From: a bacterium
Lineage (GTDB): Bacteria; Bdellovibrionota_C; UBA2361; RFPC01
NCBI GenBank assembly: GCA_030428205.1
Contig: JAUIBK010000001.1
Location: 199,966 to 263,965, forward strand
DNA: 64,000 nt
Direction: 5' to 3'
Both the position numbers and the translations under genes were made by a program. The notes beneath the pieces were generated by a model. That model was given only the letters and a program-made list of their open reading frames with translations. It ran no database searches and was not told the DNA's origin. This document shows, piece after piece, positions 44,802 through 55,264 of this stretch (the first letter of the stretch is position 1; the number at the start of each line of letters is the position of its first letter).

Positions 44802-46361
44802 GTGAGTATTAATTATCTCCTTCTTTGGTTCGTTGGAATCTCAGCGGCCTCAACGGCTGTTCGTTCGTTCACCCAACCTGAGAAAGTTACTCGTGGTTGG
44901 CGCCTCTTGGCGTTTTGTACCCTCGTCCTCCTTGCGCTTTCTACTTCCCTTTTCTTTTCTATTGCGGGTTATGTTGTTGCAGTCTTTTGGGGGAGCTTTG
45001 TTTTTCTCCCACGGTGGTGTGTCGCTCTCTTGCAACACTTCTTACAACAAGGAAAGCTTGTACGCGCGAAAGAGCTGGCGCAGTTTGCAGCATTTCTGTC
45101 GGGAAGCTCGCACTGGAATGAGCTTTCTCAAATACTGCAAGCAGGGGAGGGCGAGCATAGCAAACTTCTAGCAAGGTTTTCTCTACCAAAATCTTCACTT
45201 GCTCGAAGTGCACTCCTCTCAACCTTTACAAGTCGTGGTGACTGGCAAGGGCTTACTCTTTGGCTGGAGAAGGTATGTTCGAGACAACAACTGACCCACG
45301 ATGCTCTCCTTCTTTCTATGTACATTCGTGCGCTCGCAGAACAGGGAAGGTTTGAAGAGGGGATCTTACTCTTTGAACAGAATATACAAACTCTCCTTTC
45401 TTCTCCTGATCTGGAGTATCTCTATCATACGTTGCTCTCTCTTTTTGCTTTTTGTGGGCAAGAAGACGGTGTGCAAGCACTGCTCACACACCCACTCAAA
45501 GATTTATCTCTAGAGGTCAAACAACTTTGGATTGCTACCACCAAGCTCGTTGCCGATGAGCAGTTTTCTGCAAATGATGTCCTGGTGAAACTGACGCATT
45601 CAAAGCACAAAGGGATTGCCACGGTGGCCGATGAGCGACTTTCTGCGCGAGTACCTCGTGTCTTGTCTTCGTTCGAACGAGGAACACTCGACCGTGTTGC
45701 TCGTCTCAAGCATTTCTTAGCGGACCTTATCAAAGCGCAAGCCCAAGAAATTGATGAGCACTCACCGCGTGGGGTAACGATTCTTATCGGACTCACGTGC
45801 TTAGCCTACATAGCACAAGAAGCACTTGCTGTGTGGCTGGGAGATAGAGTCCCTTATCAATTGGCTGCGCTTGTTCCCATTCTTGTAACGGAATATGGAG
45901 AGTGGTGGAGAGTGGTGACTTGCCTCTTTCTGCACGGCGGCCTTCTTCACCTTGGTATGAATATGCTTGGCCTTTGGATCCTTGGTCCCTTTGTTGAGCA
46001 GATGTTTGGTACCGTTCGATTTATAGGAGCGTATCTTTTATTTGGGTTAGGAGCCTCGCTCTTTGTCGTCCTTTTAACTGAACTAGGCTGGTTACAAGAT
46101 GCTTATCTGATAGGGGCCTCAGGGGCGGTGTTAGGGCTTATTGGAGCAACTGCTGCAATCTTGCTCCGTGCTAGTCTGAATAAAAATGCAGCTGCAAAAG
46201 AACAACTTCGATCCATTGTCTTTATCCTGGCGCTTCAAGCTGCGTTTGATCTTACAACTCCACAGGTGAGCTTCCAGGCTCATTTAGGGGGTGTTTTGAG
46301 TGGTTTTCTTGTGACTTGGTTAGTAACGACTAAGCAGAAAGCGAGTTTACAAGCTTCTTAA
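44802..46361 (+). CDS. Rhomboid intramembrane serine protease with N-terminal TM and helical region
   Basis: WWRVVTCLFLHGGLLHLGMN, GASG, AHLGG. Confidence 0.92.
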   Translation: MSINYLLLWFVGISAASTAVRSFTQPEKVTRGWRLLAFCTLVLLALSTSLFFSIAGYVVAVFWGSFVFLPRWCVALLQHFLQQGKLVRAKELAQFAAFLSGSSHWNELSQILQAGEGEHSKLLARFSLPKSSLARSALLSTFTSRGDWQGLTLWLEKVCSRQQLTHDALLLSMYIRALAEQGRFEEGILLFEQNIQTLLSSPDLEYLYHTLLSLFAFCGQEDGVQALLTHPLKDLSLEVKQLWIATTKLVADEQFSANDVLVKLTHSKHKGIATVADERLSARVPRVLSSFERGTLDRVARLKHFLADLIKAQAQEIDEHSPRGVTILIGLTCLAYIAQEALAVWLGDRVPYQLAALVPILVTEYGEWWRVVTCLFLHGGLLHLGMNMLGLWILGPFVEQMFGTVRFIGAYLLFGLGASLFVVLLTELGWLQDAYLIGASGAVLGLIGATAAILLRASLNKNAAAKEQLRSIVFILALQAAFDLTTPQVSFQAHLGGVLSGFLVTWLVTTKQKASLQAS

Positions 46362-46596
46362 GACGTCCAACTTTACGGCTAGCACACTTTGCGTGATACA
46401 GCCCGTGTGAAGCAGCTTGTTGAATCTTCTTTTCTGCAGCTTGAAAGAGCTGACCTGCTTGGTCTTGCTCTCCAGCAGCAACAGCTTCGCGAGTTTTCTT
46501 AATAGCGGTACGTACAGAAGAGCGGTACTGAGAGTTACGGACACGGATTTTTTCGTTTTGTCGGATTCGCTTCTTTGCTGACTTGTGATTTGCCAT
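46330..46596 (-). CDS. rpsT: 30S ribosomal protein S20
   Basis: MANHKSAKKRIRQNEK, SSVRTAIKK. Confidence 0.98.
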   Translation of the reverse strand: MANHKSAKKRIRQNEKIRVRNSQYRSSVRTAIKKTREAVAAGEQDQAGQLFQAAEKKIQQAASHGLYHAKCASRKVGRLKKLVNSLSA

Positions 46597-46895
46597 AGTA
46601 TTCTTTCGAGTTCTTCGTTTACGTCTTAAAAATCGACTAGTTTTAGTGCCAACGCGGCTAAGGCAGGTAAACTATCAGGATTAAGAGGGTTTTTCAAGTT
46701 TATCGCTCTGATTTTTTCCGTGGGCTAGCTCGATAACCATTTGAAATGATGGAAAAAAGTAGATCGAAAGGTGTCTCTTACTACGAAATTTGGGTGATGA
46801 ATCGTCGCTCTTGTTTGGTCTAAACCATAGAGACACAGGGTTGGGGAGCATTTTCATGCGATGTTCTGTGGTCGTACCACAGCGAGAAAGGATCT

Positions 46896-46967
46896 AACCG
46901 CAAAGGCGCTAAGACGCAAAGGAAGGTTTTGGTCTAGGGTTCTTCGTGCCTTTGCGTCTTTGCGGTT
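46896..46967. repeat. 9-bp-periodic palindrome (CGCAAAG variant)
   Basis: AACCGCAAAGGCGCTAAGACGCAAAG...CTTTGCGTCTTTGCGGTT. Confidence 0.8.
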
Positions 46968-47062
46968 TAATGAAACAAGCCCTCGATACAGCCCCAAAAA
47001 CTTCCTGCGGCTTTATGGTGAGACCCAAAAGTACCGAGGCTGATGATTAGGGGTGGAAGGGG

Positions 47063-47584
47063 CTACTTCTTCTCGCTTCCTACAATGGGAAAGTGGTCAT
47101 CATCCCACGCTCTTGTAGCACCCATTTGCCCCTGATAATGCCCTTTATCGCCTTCTCCATAAGCAACGTCAGGAGCCGATTCCATGCCCATAAAGACGAG
47201 CTGGGCTGTGCGCATACCGGCGTGCAGTTTTCGCGGGTAGGGGCCGAGGTTTTGGAGTTCTAAGGTTACTTGTCCTTGGAAGTTACAATCGATCCAGCCG
47301 CTTAGACTGTGGTTGAGCCAAAGTCGGCCGAGAGAGCTTTTGAGCTTAAGATCGCACACCACGTCACGTGGGAGGTGAATGTATTCGGCAGTAGTCGCCA
47401 GTATCACTTCGCCAGGAAAGAGGGTAAAGCTTTCAGCTTTGGTTTCTTCTGGGTCACGAGTAGGGCAAATCCAGTGATCCCCTAACGTTACGTCATAGCT
47501 TGCAGGGTTAACTTGCTCTGGAGTAAAGGGGCGGATGCCTCCTCCTTCTCCAAATTTGCGAATCCAGTGGTCGGGCTTAATCAT
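47063..47584 (-). CDS. dcd: dCTP deaminase
   Basis: QVNPASYDVTLG, KSSLGRL, GQVTLEL, YQGQ; start at MIKPD. Confidence 0.92.
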   Translation of the reverse strand: MIKPDHWIRKFGEGGGIRPFTPEQVNPASYDVTLGDHWICPTRDPEETKAESFTLFPGEVILATTAEYIHLPRDVVCDLKLKSSLGRLWLNHSLSGWIDCNFQGQVTLELQNLGPYPRKLHAGMRTAQLVFMGMESAPDVAYGEGDKGHYQGQMGATRAWDDDHFPIVGSEKK

Positions 47585-47662
47585 AATCTCTGTCCTGTAT
47601 ACCTCGATAGAAGTATCATCGTTACTACTTGAAATCAATCAAACAGTCATTGGGAGTACGGT

Positions 47663-49144
47663 GTGAACGAAGCGAATGTTTTCCGCTCAATTTTTTTAAT
47701 CGAAGACGATCCAGGGCATGCGCTTCTTATCAAACGTGCGCTTAAAGGCCTCTCTCAAAATGTATTGCACGCTGAAACTCTTCAACAGGCATACCAGTTC
47801 GCTGAGAAAGAGACGTTCGATCTGATTATCTCAGACTTGAACTTGCCAGACTCCACTGGCGTTGAGCATGTAGGAAAGCTATGTGAACAGTGCCCAGATA
47901 TTCCCTTGGTAGTTCTCACATCATCAACGCATTTGGCAGACGCTGTTGAGGCGATGAAGCTTGGTGCCCGTGACTACATTATTAAAGACTTTGATACGAA
48001 CTTTCGAGAGGTGCTCTCTCTGTCGCTTACGAGAGTGTATGCTGCTCGTGAGTTAGAACGCGAAAAGCAGAAGCTTCTTATGGCGGTTGAGCGCAGTGAA
48101 GATGGGCTTGCTGTTGTTCGCTTTAACGGAGTTGTTCCATATTGTAATACCGCCTTTCAAGAATTAGTACGACTCTGTGGGGGGAAAGAGGGAGAGTTCT
48201 TTTCTCTGTTCACTGATCGGGTTGAGAGAGGTAGCTCGTTAAAACAAACAGTAGAGAAAGCGCTTGGGGAGCTCTCTGATGGAGCCGTGTTTAACACAGA
48301 GCTTGCTTTGCTTGAGCCTAAGGAGCGTTCCTTTGAGGTGCGGCTCTCAGGCATTGGTTCTCAAGCCGAAGGTGAACGTGAGTGTGTTGTTTGGGTCCGT
48401 GAGATTACCGACAGTAAGCGACGTGAAAAATTCCAAAGAGAGATTCTTTCTACTACTACACACGATCTCAAAGGCCCCATGGGTGCTATTATTACAGGGA
48501 GTGAGCTTCTCGGTGAAATGCTCCCTCAAGGAGAGAGGCCTCATGAGATAGCTCTCCGCATGAGTTCAGCTGCGCACGGGGTAGTCAATCTGATAGATGA
48601 ATTCTTAAGCGTGCGCCGTATTGAAGAGGGTACACTCATACTTCGCCCCAACACATACGCCGCACAGGATCTTCTCAATAGTGTCGAGGGGAATTTTAGT
48701 ACTATTGCGCAGTCTCGCTCCATTGAGCTCTCTTTTTACTCCGATGATGGTGTCGAGCTTCAAGTTGATAAACTCTCTTTTGAGCGGGTACTTGGAAACC
48801 TGTTAACCAATGCGCTCAAGTTCACGCCAAAGGAAGGTCAAGTAAGTGTACGAATTTGGGATAGTGGGGAAGATGTACACGTTTCAGTTTCTGATACCGG
48901 ATCTGGTATGAGTCCCGAGGAGGTAAAAAAGGTTTTTGATCGTTTTTCACGTCTCGAGAAGCACGATGCTATCTCAGGAACAGGTCTTGGGCTGTTTGTG
49001 GTGAAAAGTCTCGTCTCTGCACATGGCGGAAGGGTGTCTCTCAGAAGCAAGGTCGGGGAAGGGTCCACCTTTGAGCTCTCTTTTCCCTATACCCCACCAG
49101 TGAACGAGAGAGGGGAGCTTATCTCTCTTGAGCAAGTGACATAG
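47663..49144 (+). CDS. Hybrid sensor kinase (receiver-PAS-like-HisKA-HATPase)
   Basis: LIEDD...SDLNLPD, THDLKGP, NLLTNALKF, GTGLGL. Confidence 0.93.
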   Translation: MNEANVFRSIFLIEDDPGHALLIKRALKGLSQNVLHAETLQQAYQFAEKETFDLIISDLNLPDSTGVEHVGKLCEQCPDIPLVVLTSSTHLADAVEAMKLGARDYIIKDFDTNFREVLSLSLTRVYAARELEREKQKLLMAVERSEDGLAVVRFNGVVPYCNTAFQELVRLCGGKEGEFFSLFTDRVERGSSLKQTVEKALGELSDGAVFNTELALLEPKERSFEVRLSGIGSQAEGERECVVWVREITDSKRREKFQREILSTTTHDLKGPMGAIITGSELLGEMLPQGERPHEIALRMSSAAHGVVNLIDEFLSVRRIEEGTLILRPNTYAAQDLLNSVEGNFSTIAQSRSIELSFYSDDGVELQVDKLSFERVLGNLLTNALKFTPKEGQVSVRIWDSGEDVHVSVSDTGSGMSPEEVKKVFDRFSRLEKHDAISGTGLGLFVVKSLVSAHGGRVSLRSKVGEGSTFELSFPYTPPVNERGELISLEQVT

Positions 49145-49238
49145 TAGAACAGCGGTTTGCAATCTTACTTACTTGTTTTCGGTGTGAGTTTTTGGGACTA
49201 TTTCGACCGTAGTTCTCATATAAGGAATGGTAGACGTT

Positions 49239-49655
49239 ATGCGATATCTCATCTCTCTTTTGATTGCGTTGACTATTACGAGTTGTGCCCCACGTGGTGA
49301 GACAAAAACTCTCGACCAGATACTCGATAATGCTCGTGTGAGATACCAAGAGGCGTTTGATGCAGGAGTGCAAGGGGAAGGAGATCTACAGACCCAACTT
49401 GCATCACTTTCAAGCTCTCTTGAAAAGCTTCTTTCTGCTAGTGATGCTGCGCAGGCACAAGAGGTTGAGGATACCCTCCGAGAACTAATCTTACACGCTG
49501 GCTTTACTACTCGTCCTGCAATGAATGAGCTCTCGTCTCAATATGCGCTGCTGGCCGAGGAGTCCGAAGTAGCACCTGAACGTAAGAAGCTTCTTGTGAG
49601 CCGAACGTACCGTATGTTGGCAAGAGAGCTAGAAACGACTCGTTTCCGTCTTTAA
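49239..49655 (+). CDS. Hypothetical lipoprotein
   Basis: MRYLISLLIALTITSC lipobox. Confidence 0.8.
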   Translation: MRYLISLLIALTITSCAPRGETKTLDQILDNARVRYQEAFDAGVQGEGDLQTQLASLSSSLEKLLSASDAAQAQEVEDTLRELILHAGFTTRPAMNELSSQYALLAEESEVAPERKKLLVSRTYRMLARELETTRFRL

Positions 49656-50311
49656 GAATTAAGTTTTCTGTTTAACCGCGGAATATCTAGCGCGTTAGCG
49701 AAATCTAATATTTTGGTGAGCTTTGCACACTCACGAGAAAAGAGAGAAAGAGTCGTCGACCTTTCAAGTCGTTGATGAATAAGACATCCACCATCTTTTA
49801 AGTAATAGAGCGTTGTTGCTTTGTCGTGAATATAAATCTCTTCATAAGAGGCGACCTGTGATTTGTTCGGTATGAGTAATTTTGTTGCCTGGAGTAGTCC
49901 GTACTCTGCAGCTGTCGAATAGCGAGGGTGTGGAATCACAACAGAAACTCCTACTGGGACAGGTAAGTTTCTCTCAAAGGTGGCTGTTACTTGTAGGTAC
50001 TCCTGTTCGTAGAGTGCCTCTAATGTTTCAGGTGAGTATTGCGTTAGGCTCTCCGAGAGCCATCCGATAACTCTTTCTCCGACCTTTTCCTTGTTATTTC
50101 CAAAAAGGCTACCGTAATTTGTCTGAGGATCAAAAAAGGAAGTTTTGTTTTTACTCTGAAGTTTTTGTGCTGCTTTGGTGACATCTGTAAGTTGGTCAGA
50201 ATTGAGGACTTTAAGGAGAGGATCGGCTGCAGAAGCAGAGGTCGCGTAAATCAATGGCGCGAGACAGATCAGACTGGTCGTCAACGCTGTTCTGAGTAAT
50301 AAAGCATACAT
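49652..50311 (-). CDS. Hypothetical secreted protein
   Basis: Hydrophobic N-terminus ending ASA; ORF open to 50344, start uncertain. Confidence 0.7.
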   Translation of the reverse strand: MYALLLRTALTTSLICLAPLIYATSASAADPLLKVLNSDQLTDVTKAAQKLQSKNKTSFFDPQTNYGSLFGNNKEKVGERVIGWLSESLTQYSPETLEALYEQEYLQVTATFERNLPVPVGVSVVIPHPRYSTAAEYGLLQATKLLIPNKSQVASYEEIYIHDKATTLYYLKDGGCLIHQRLERSTTLSLFSRECAKLTKILDFANALDIPRLNRKLNS

Positions 50312-50416
50312 AGTTACACCAAATCCCATGTGGGGAGAATCCATAGGTATTATGGCTGAGGATGAGAGGGATGTAACTTAAGACTCGTTATGACCAAGCA
50401 GTTTTTGGTCTGAGTA

Positions 50417-51166
50417 CTAGGCCGAAGCGCTATCTTCTTTCGGTGCTTCTTTCTTGGTTGATTTCGTCTTGAGACGTTTTCTCAAGCGACCAAGCCGAGT
50501 AGCAGGGCCCTTGCTCCGCTCAATGCAGAATCGCTCCATTGCCTCGATAAGCCCTTCATGGCCATCTTTGGCAAACGTTTTTGCCAGCTCAGCAGAGCCG
50601 CGAAAGGAACGCATAGCGCGTGGAACTTCACGTTTGGCGGTATCAAACTGTTTTGCTTGGCGCATGATAGTAGCTGCCTTATCAAGGCTAGCCATTAAGA
50701 TCGCAACAAGTGCTTCGTTTCGATCTTTGGCCTGTTTGACTGACTCAGCAATAGGCTCACCTTTCGTAGCGCCAATGATAGCAATATCAACACTATCTGT
50801 TGTAAATGGCTTAACGAGATATCCACGTGCGCCAAGAACAAGGAGATCGAAGACATCATCAATGTTTGGATCCGTTGAAGAAGGAATGAGAATGATATTT
50901 GGATCGAGCTCCATGACTTGGGTTACAAAGTCCTTGGGAGGCATGTTAGTTTTCTTTGCATCAAAGATAATATGCGTAATTGGTCGTTCTTGAATTCGCT
51001 CTAAGGCTGACATATGATTTGGTACGTCTGTCATCCCGCCAAAACCAAGCTGTTTGAGTGCTGTTCTCATGTTCTGGCGTTCATTGCGATCTGTCTCAAC
51101 AACGAGCACACTGGCATTGGCTCGTTCTTTCGGCGTTAAGGTGAGCCCATCATCAGTCTCGGACAT
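50417..51166 (-). CDS. Response regulator (atypical receiver plus helical C-terminus)
   Basis: VLVVETD, IIFD, GARGYLVKPFT. Confidence 0.85.
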   Translation of the reverse strand: MSETDDGLTLTPKERANASVLVVETDRNERQNMRTALKQLGFGGMTDVPNHMSALERIQERPITHIIFDAKKTNMPPKDFVTQVMELDPNIILIPSSTDPNIDDVFDLLVLGARGYLVKPFTTDSVDIAIIGATKGEPIAESVKQAKDRNEALVAILMASLDKAATIMRQAKQFDTAKREVPRAMRSFRGSAELAKTFAKDGHEGLIEAMERFCIERSKGPATRLGRLRKRLKTKSTKKEAPKEDSASA

Positions 51167-51316
51167 ACTCGAATACCCCTGAAAAATTGTTCCTTGGCTT
51201 CCCGTAGGTACTAAGAGAAATACCCACAAATACAGGTATCGGCAGGTGATGGATATTCCTTTATTGCTCCAGATTAAGAAAACGAGAAAAGTTGGCTAGT
51301 GGCTGGAAAAAAAGCT

Positions 51317-52030
51317 TTAAGAGACTGCGTTCTCAGGGAAACCTGTAGTGATTTCAGGTTCATCAAGCAACGACAGGAGAGCTTGGCGCCTATGCTCGAG
51401 AGAGGGGCGAAATGAGCCCAGAGAGGCTCCATACTCCTTTCCATAGCCCTGTAGCTTTTGTAGGAGCTCGACACAGGCTTTTTGTTTGTATCCTGCCTCA
51501 GAGACGAGCCGTAGTGCTACGGCGTCAGCTGCTATCTCATGAGCAAGAAGCTGGTCTGGTGACTGTTCGTGAAAATGTGAGTGGCCAAGCATGCCGTGGG
51601 CGGCCTCATGAGCGAGCAGAAAAGCGAGTTCTGAGCTCGACTCAATCAGCCCCAGTATCCCCGAGGAGAAGGTCAGTTCTCCTTTCGAAGTCACAAAAGC
51701 GTGGGGCAGGGGGTTTGAAACGATCTGTATTTTCGGTGCGAATCCAAAAAAGGCAACAGTGTCATCGCCTGCGATGGTGTGAAGAATCTGGCGAGCAGCG
51801 AGAGACCACAAGGGTGCTTCAGCTGGGTGATCCGAATGAGCAAGTTCTCGGGCATAACCTACTCCTGTAATAGCAAATGCACCTGGAGCATACTCTTGTT
51901 CATTGAGAATTGATTGTGCGGTGGCAGATTGAGTAAGGCAGAGAAAAAAGAGCAGAGGGAGTAACGCAAGAAAGTATGAGGGGACCTGCCCCTGAGATGG
52001 CAACTTAGAGTAAGGAAAAGAAAACCTCAT
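51317..52030 (-). CDS. M48 family metallopeptidase
   Basis: PHAF...G, ELAFLLAHEAAH, EIAAD. Confidence 0.88.
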   Translation of the reverse strand: MRFSFPYSKLPSQGQVPSYFLALLPLLFFLCLTQSATAQSILNEQEYAPGAFAITGVGYARELAHSDHPAEAPLWSLAARQILHTIAGDDTVAFFGFAPKIQIVSNPLPHAFVTSKGELTFSSGILGLIESSSELAFLLAHEAAHGMLGHSHFHEQSPDQLLAHEIAADAVALRLVSEAGYKQKACVELLQKLQGYGKEYGASLGSFRPSLEHRRQALLSLLDEPEITTGFPENAVS

Positions 52031-52238
52031 ATGAAAACTACAAAAAACGATTATAAAACTCTTCTTTATTAAGAAGAAAATAATCTCTTATTCGATTCTA
52101 CCATTTTGTACCTGTCCTTTACAAAAAAGGTTAAGGTACATAAAGTCCTGTATAGTCATCGTCGATAATCACTCATTACTTGAATACCTGTTCACCGAAT
52201 CACTATTCGGTTTATGGAATAAGCGTTCGATAAGAATT

Positions 52239-52883
52239 ATGGGCAAACGGGAAACCCGCCAAAACATACGAAAAGATATGCGCCGCATCTTGTCGAATCT
52301 TGATGCGTCTTGGATTTCCAAAGCAAGCAGTCGGTTGTGTTCAAACCTCTCAGAGGTGATCGAGACAAAGCTTGATCGTAAGGTTCGTCGTCTTCTTGTG
52401 TGGACCTCATTTTTCCCCGGAGAGGTAGATCTTTCGCGTTTTATTAGCGAGCAACTTGAAGGGCGGCATGTATACCTCCCTCGATCTCTTCCGGACTGTA
52501 CCATGACGTATATTTCTCTCGGTTCGAACTGGTCTGACTCTATGCAGGCTGGGTATAAAGGGATTCTCGAGCCAGAGGATGACTCTGGTGATATTTATCG
52601 ACCAGAGAATGGTGTGGACGGGGATTCTTCTGATACAGTAGTGGTTGTTCCTGGATTAGCATTTGATGCTCTTGGAAACAGGCTCGGTCGTGGCAAGGGG
52701 TACTATGATCGTTTCCTAGGTAGATCTGATATGAAACACGCGCTTGCTATTGGAGTGTCTTGGAAGTTGCAACTTGTAGAACGAATTCCTGTTGAGTCAC
52801 ACGATATTCCCATGAAGTGGCTCTGTCACGAAGATGGGTACACCAAGACGGGGCTCGATTTTGATGAAGCTTTTTCCCTGTGA
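52239..52883 (+). CDS. ygfA: 5-formyltetrahydrofolate cyclo-ligase
   Basis: VPGLAFDALGNRLGRGKGYYDRFL. Confidence 0.95.
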   Translation: MGKRETRQNIRKDMRRILSNLDASWISKASSRLCSNLSEVIETKLDRKVRRLLVWTSFFPGEVDLSRFISEQLEGRHVYLPRSLPDCTMTYISLGSNWSDSMQAGYKGILEPEDDSGDIYRPENGVDGDSSDTVVVVPGLAFDALGNRLGRGKGYYDRFLGRSDMKHALAIGVSWKLQLVERIPVESHDIPMKWLCHEDGYTKTGLDFDEAFSL

Positions 52884-52889
52884 TTGTTT

Positions 52890-53687
52890 ATGAGTAATGA
52901 ACTGTTTACCGTTATCTGTCTCGGTGATGTCGTAGCGCGTCCCGGAAGAATGGCTCTCAAGCGCGATCTTAGTTCGCTTCGCGAAGAGCACAGCGCAGAT
53001 CTGATTGTTGCAAACGGCGAGAACTCAAGTGGTGGAACAGGGCTCGACCCAACATGCGGCAAAGAAATATTTGAAAGTGGTGTGGATCTGATCACACTTG
53101 GCGACCACACTTGGCGTCGTCGTGAGGTTCGTCCCTATATGGACCAGGAGCAAGAGCGGTGTATCCGTCCCGCAAATTATCCTGAAGGTGCACCAGGGCG
53201 AGGGTGGACTATCTGGAAAGACACAGAAAGTGGCCTGTCGATTGGTCTCATGAACTTACTTGGGAGAACATTTATCAATGTTCCCCTCGATTGCCCCTTT
53301 TATAAAGCAGATGAGCTCCTCGACGGGCCACTTGCTGACTGCGATCTCGTCATCTGTGACTTTCACGCTGAAGCAACCTCTGAAAAGATCGCTCTTGGGC
53401 GTTATCTCGATGGGAGAGTAAGTTTTCTTTTTGGAACGCACACACACGTTCCTACTGCAGATGCTCAAGTATTCCCTGGCGGGACTGCCTATGTTTCAGA
53501 CCTTGGTATGTGTGGCAGTCCGCTAAGTGTGCTTGGGCTAGATATTGATACGGCAATCAATCGGTTTGTGACAGGACTCCCAAGCTCCTATAAAGCAGCT
53601 AAGGGCGAAGGAAAGCTCTCAGGGGTAAAAGTCTCTTTCTCGCGTGAGGATCTCTCGGTTTCAGAGATAGTTCGAATTGATGGGTGA
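52890..53687 (+). CDS. ymdB: YmdB-family metallophosphoesterase
   Basis: GDVVARPG, NGEN, DFHAEATSEK, GTHTHVPTAD. Confidence 0.95.
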   Translation: MSNELFTVICLGDVVARPGRMALKRDLSSLREEHSADLIVANGENSSGGTGLDPTCGKEIFESGVDLITLGDHTWRRREVRPYMDQEQERCIRPANYPEGAPGRGWTIWKDTESGLSIGLMNLLGRTFINVPLDCPFYKADELLDGPLADCDLVICDFHAEATSEKIALGRYLDGRVSFLFGTHTHVPTADAQVFPGGTAYVSDLGMCGSPLSVLGLDIDTAINRFVTGLPSSYKAAKGEGKLSGVKVSFSREDLSVSEIVRIDG

Positions 53688-53745
53688 ATCATCTGAGTAG
53701 GACAAGGCCTAGTGTGGCGACAAATTAATTTGAAATGACACTAGA

Positions 53746-54011
53746 CCCAGATCCCCGGATACGGGGCAATCTCATAGAAAATGCAGATACCAGGGTGAAA
53801 TTTTATAACGCGAAGTACGCGATGTACGCGAAGGGGAGACCTTCGCGTACATCGTGTACTTCGCGTTATAAATTCGTAACCAGGCGGAGTCAAATCAAGA
53901 AGGATAAGCTTAAATCTTGGATAGAGTTCCTGTGTTTAACAGACATCACATTATGGGTTTCATGCTGTTTTCTCTTCTTAACTGGTTATCCAGATTACCC
54001 GTGGACCTAGG
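53746..54011. mobile_element. ~265-bp MITE-like dispersed repeat with an internal TATAACGCG palindrome (53802-53872)
   Basis: Aligns end to end with 62723-62952; imperfect TIRs CCCAGATCC.../...GTGGACCTAGG. Confidence 0.8.
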
Positions 54012-54060
54012 CTTTTTCTTGCCTAAAAAAAACATACGTCAATTGCAGGCAAAGTCATCC

Positions 54061-55029
54061 TTACAGCACCTCCGGATTCACAATCGCCTCAGGCCTCTCT
54101 CCTTGAAAAACAGCAATAGCATTTTGCGCCGCAAGTGTTGCCATCTTTGAGCGGGTTTCAATAGTAGCACTTCCAAGGTGGGGCAGGAGTACGGTGTTCT
54201 CGAGCTCTGCTAGCCCAGGAGCAAGGGCAGGTTCATTTTCGAATACATCAAGCCCAGCACCAGCAATTTCCTTTGAGCGAAGAGCTTGTACTAAGGCTTG
54301 CTCATCAACGATTGGCCCCCGTGCTGTGTTAATGAGAATAGCTGAGTTTTTCATCATCTGGAGTTGATCGGTTCCGATCATATGTTGTGTTTTCTCTGTG
54401 AGCGGAACATGAAGCGAAACAAAGTCTGATTGGGTAAGCAGCTCATTGAGTTCAACTCGCTCCGCATGACACTCTTGCTCGAGTTCTAAGTTGTTCTTTT
54501 GGGCTGTATAAAGAATTTTCATGCGAAAACCAGCTGCACGTCTTGCCACAGCAGATCCTATCCTACCAAGACCGACAATCCCCAGGGTCTTCTCAAAAAT
54601 ATCGACGCCAAGCAGTAGCATTGGTCCCCAGCCGTGAAACTTTCCTGCGCGTAGGAAGTTGTCTGATTCAACTACTCGCCGTGCTGTAGAGAAAAGAAGT
54701 GCCCAGGTCAGGTCTGCAGTTGTTTCCGTAAGAACACCAGGAGTGTTACACACAGGCAGCTTTCGAGATGTTGCTGCTGCTACATCAATATTATTGTAAC
54801 CAACTGCATAATTTGAAATGACGCGGAGTTTTGGATTGGCGTGTACCACCTCAGCATCGATGGTGTCAGTAAGAAGACAAAGAAGAGCATCTTTGTCTCG
54901 AATGCCATCAAGGATTTCTGATCTTTCAAGAACTCGGTCTTCTTCATTGAGTGTTACTTCAAAGTGCTGCTCAAGAAGATCGAGCCCTGCCTGTGGAATT
55001 CGTCTGGTAACAAAAATACTTGGTTTCAC
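54061..55029 (-). CDS. D-glycerate dehydrogenase / glyoxylate reductase (D-2-hydroxyacid dehydrogenase)
   Basis: NTPGVLTETTAD, GLGRIG, INTARG, LDVFENEP, PHLGS; GTG start after GGAG. Confidence 0.94.
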   Translation of the reverse strand: MKPSIFVTRRIPQAGLDLLEQHFEVTLNEEDRVLERSEILDGIRDKDALLCLLTDTIDAEVVHANPKLRVISNYAVGYNNIDVAAATSRKLPVCNTPGVLTETTADLTWALLFSTARRVVESDNFLRAGKFHGWGPMLLLGVDIFEKTLGIVGLGRIGSAVARRAAGFRMKILYTAQKNNLELEQECHAERVELNELLTQSDFVSLHVPLTEKTQHMIGTDQLQMMKNSAILINTARGPIVDEQALVQALRSKEIAGAGLDVFENEPALAPGLAELENTVLLPHLGSATIETRSKMATLAAQNAIAVFQGERPEAIVNPEVL

Positions 55030-55047
55030 CTGTGTTCTCCGATTATG

Positions 55048-55176
55048 TATACTCCCCGCACTTGAACATACCGGTTCGAAGCTCTGCAACACTATCAAGT
55101 GTGCCGTGGAAAGTGCCTGAACAGCTCTTACCGATCATGCGGGGGGTTCTGTTTTCCCTCCGGGAATACGGAATGC
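55048..55176. mobile_element. TATACTCCCCGCA palindromic element plus linker
   Basis: Aligns by eye with the reverse complement of ~62471-62601. Confidence 0.75.
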
Positions 55177-55264
55177 TTTTTCTATCAGAGCAGCCTTGAG
55201 CGAATCTTTCCACACCATTTTCAAGTACTGCTTGAACTGCAGCACAAGAGGGCTGGGGGGGGGA

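Noticed and set aside
52031-52238. 6S RNA upstream of ygfA
   Set aside because: AT-rich, with only short hairpins and no ~180-nt rod with a central bubble
53735-54150. Short ORFs 53735-54010 and 53917-54150 (also 46861-47043, 21455-21765, 67-488)
   Set aside because: They lie in repeats, tRNAs or intergenic DNA, and the second MITE copy does not clearly preserve the frame
55030-55098. N-terminal extension of the 2-hydroxyacid dehydrogenase
   Set aside because: It is read-through into the repeat element; GTG at 55029 has a proper RBS
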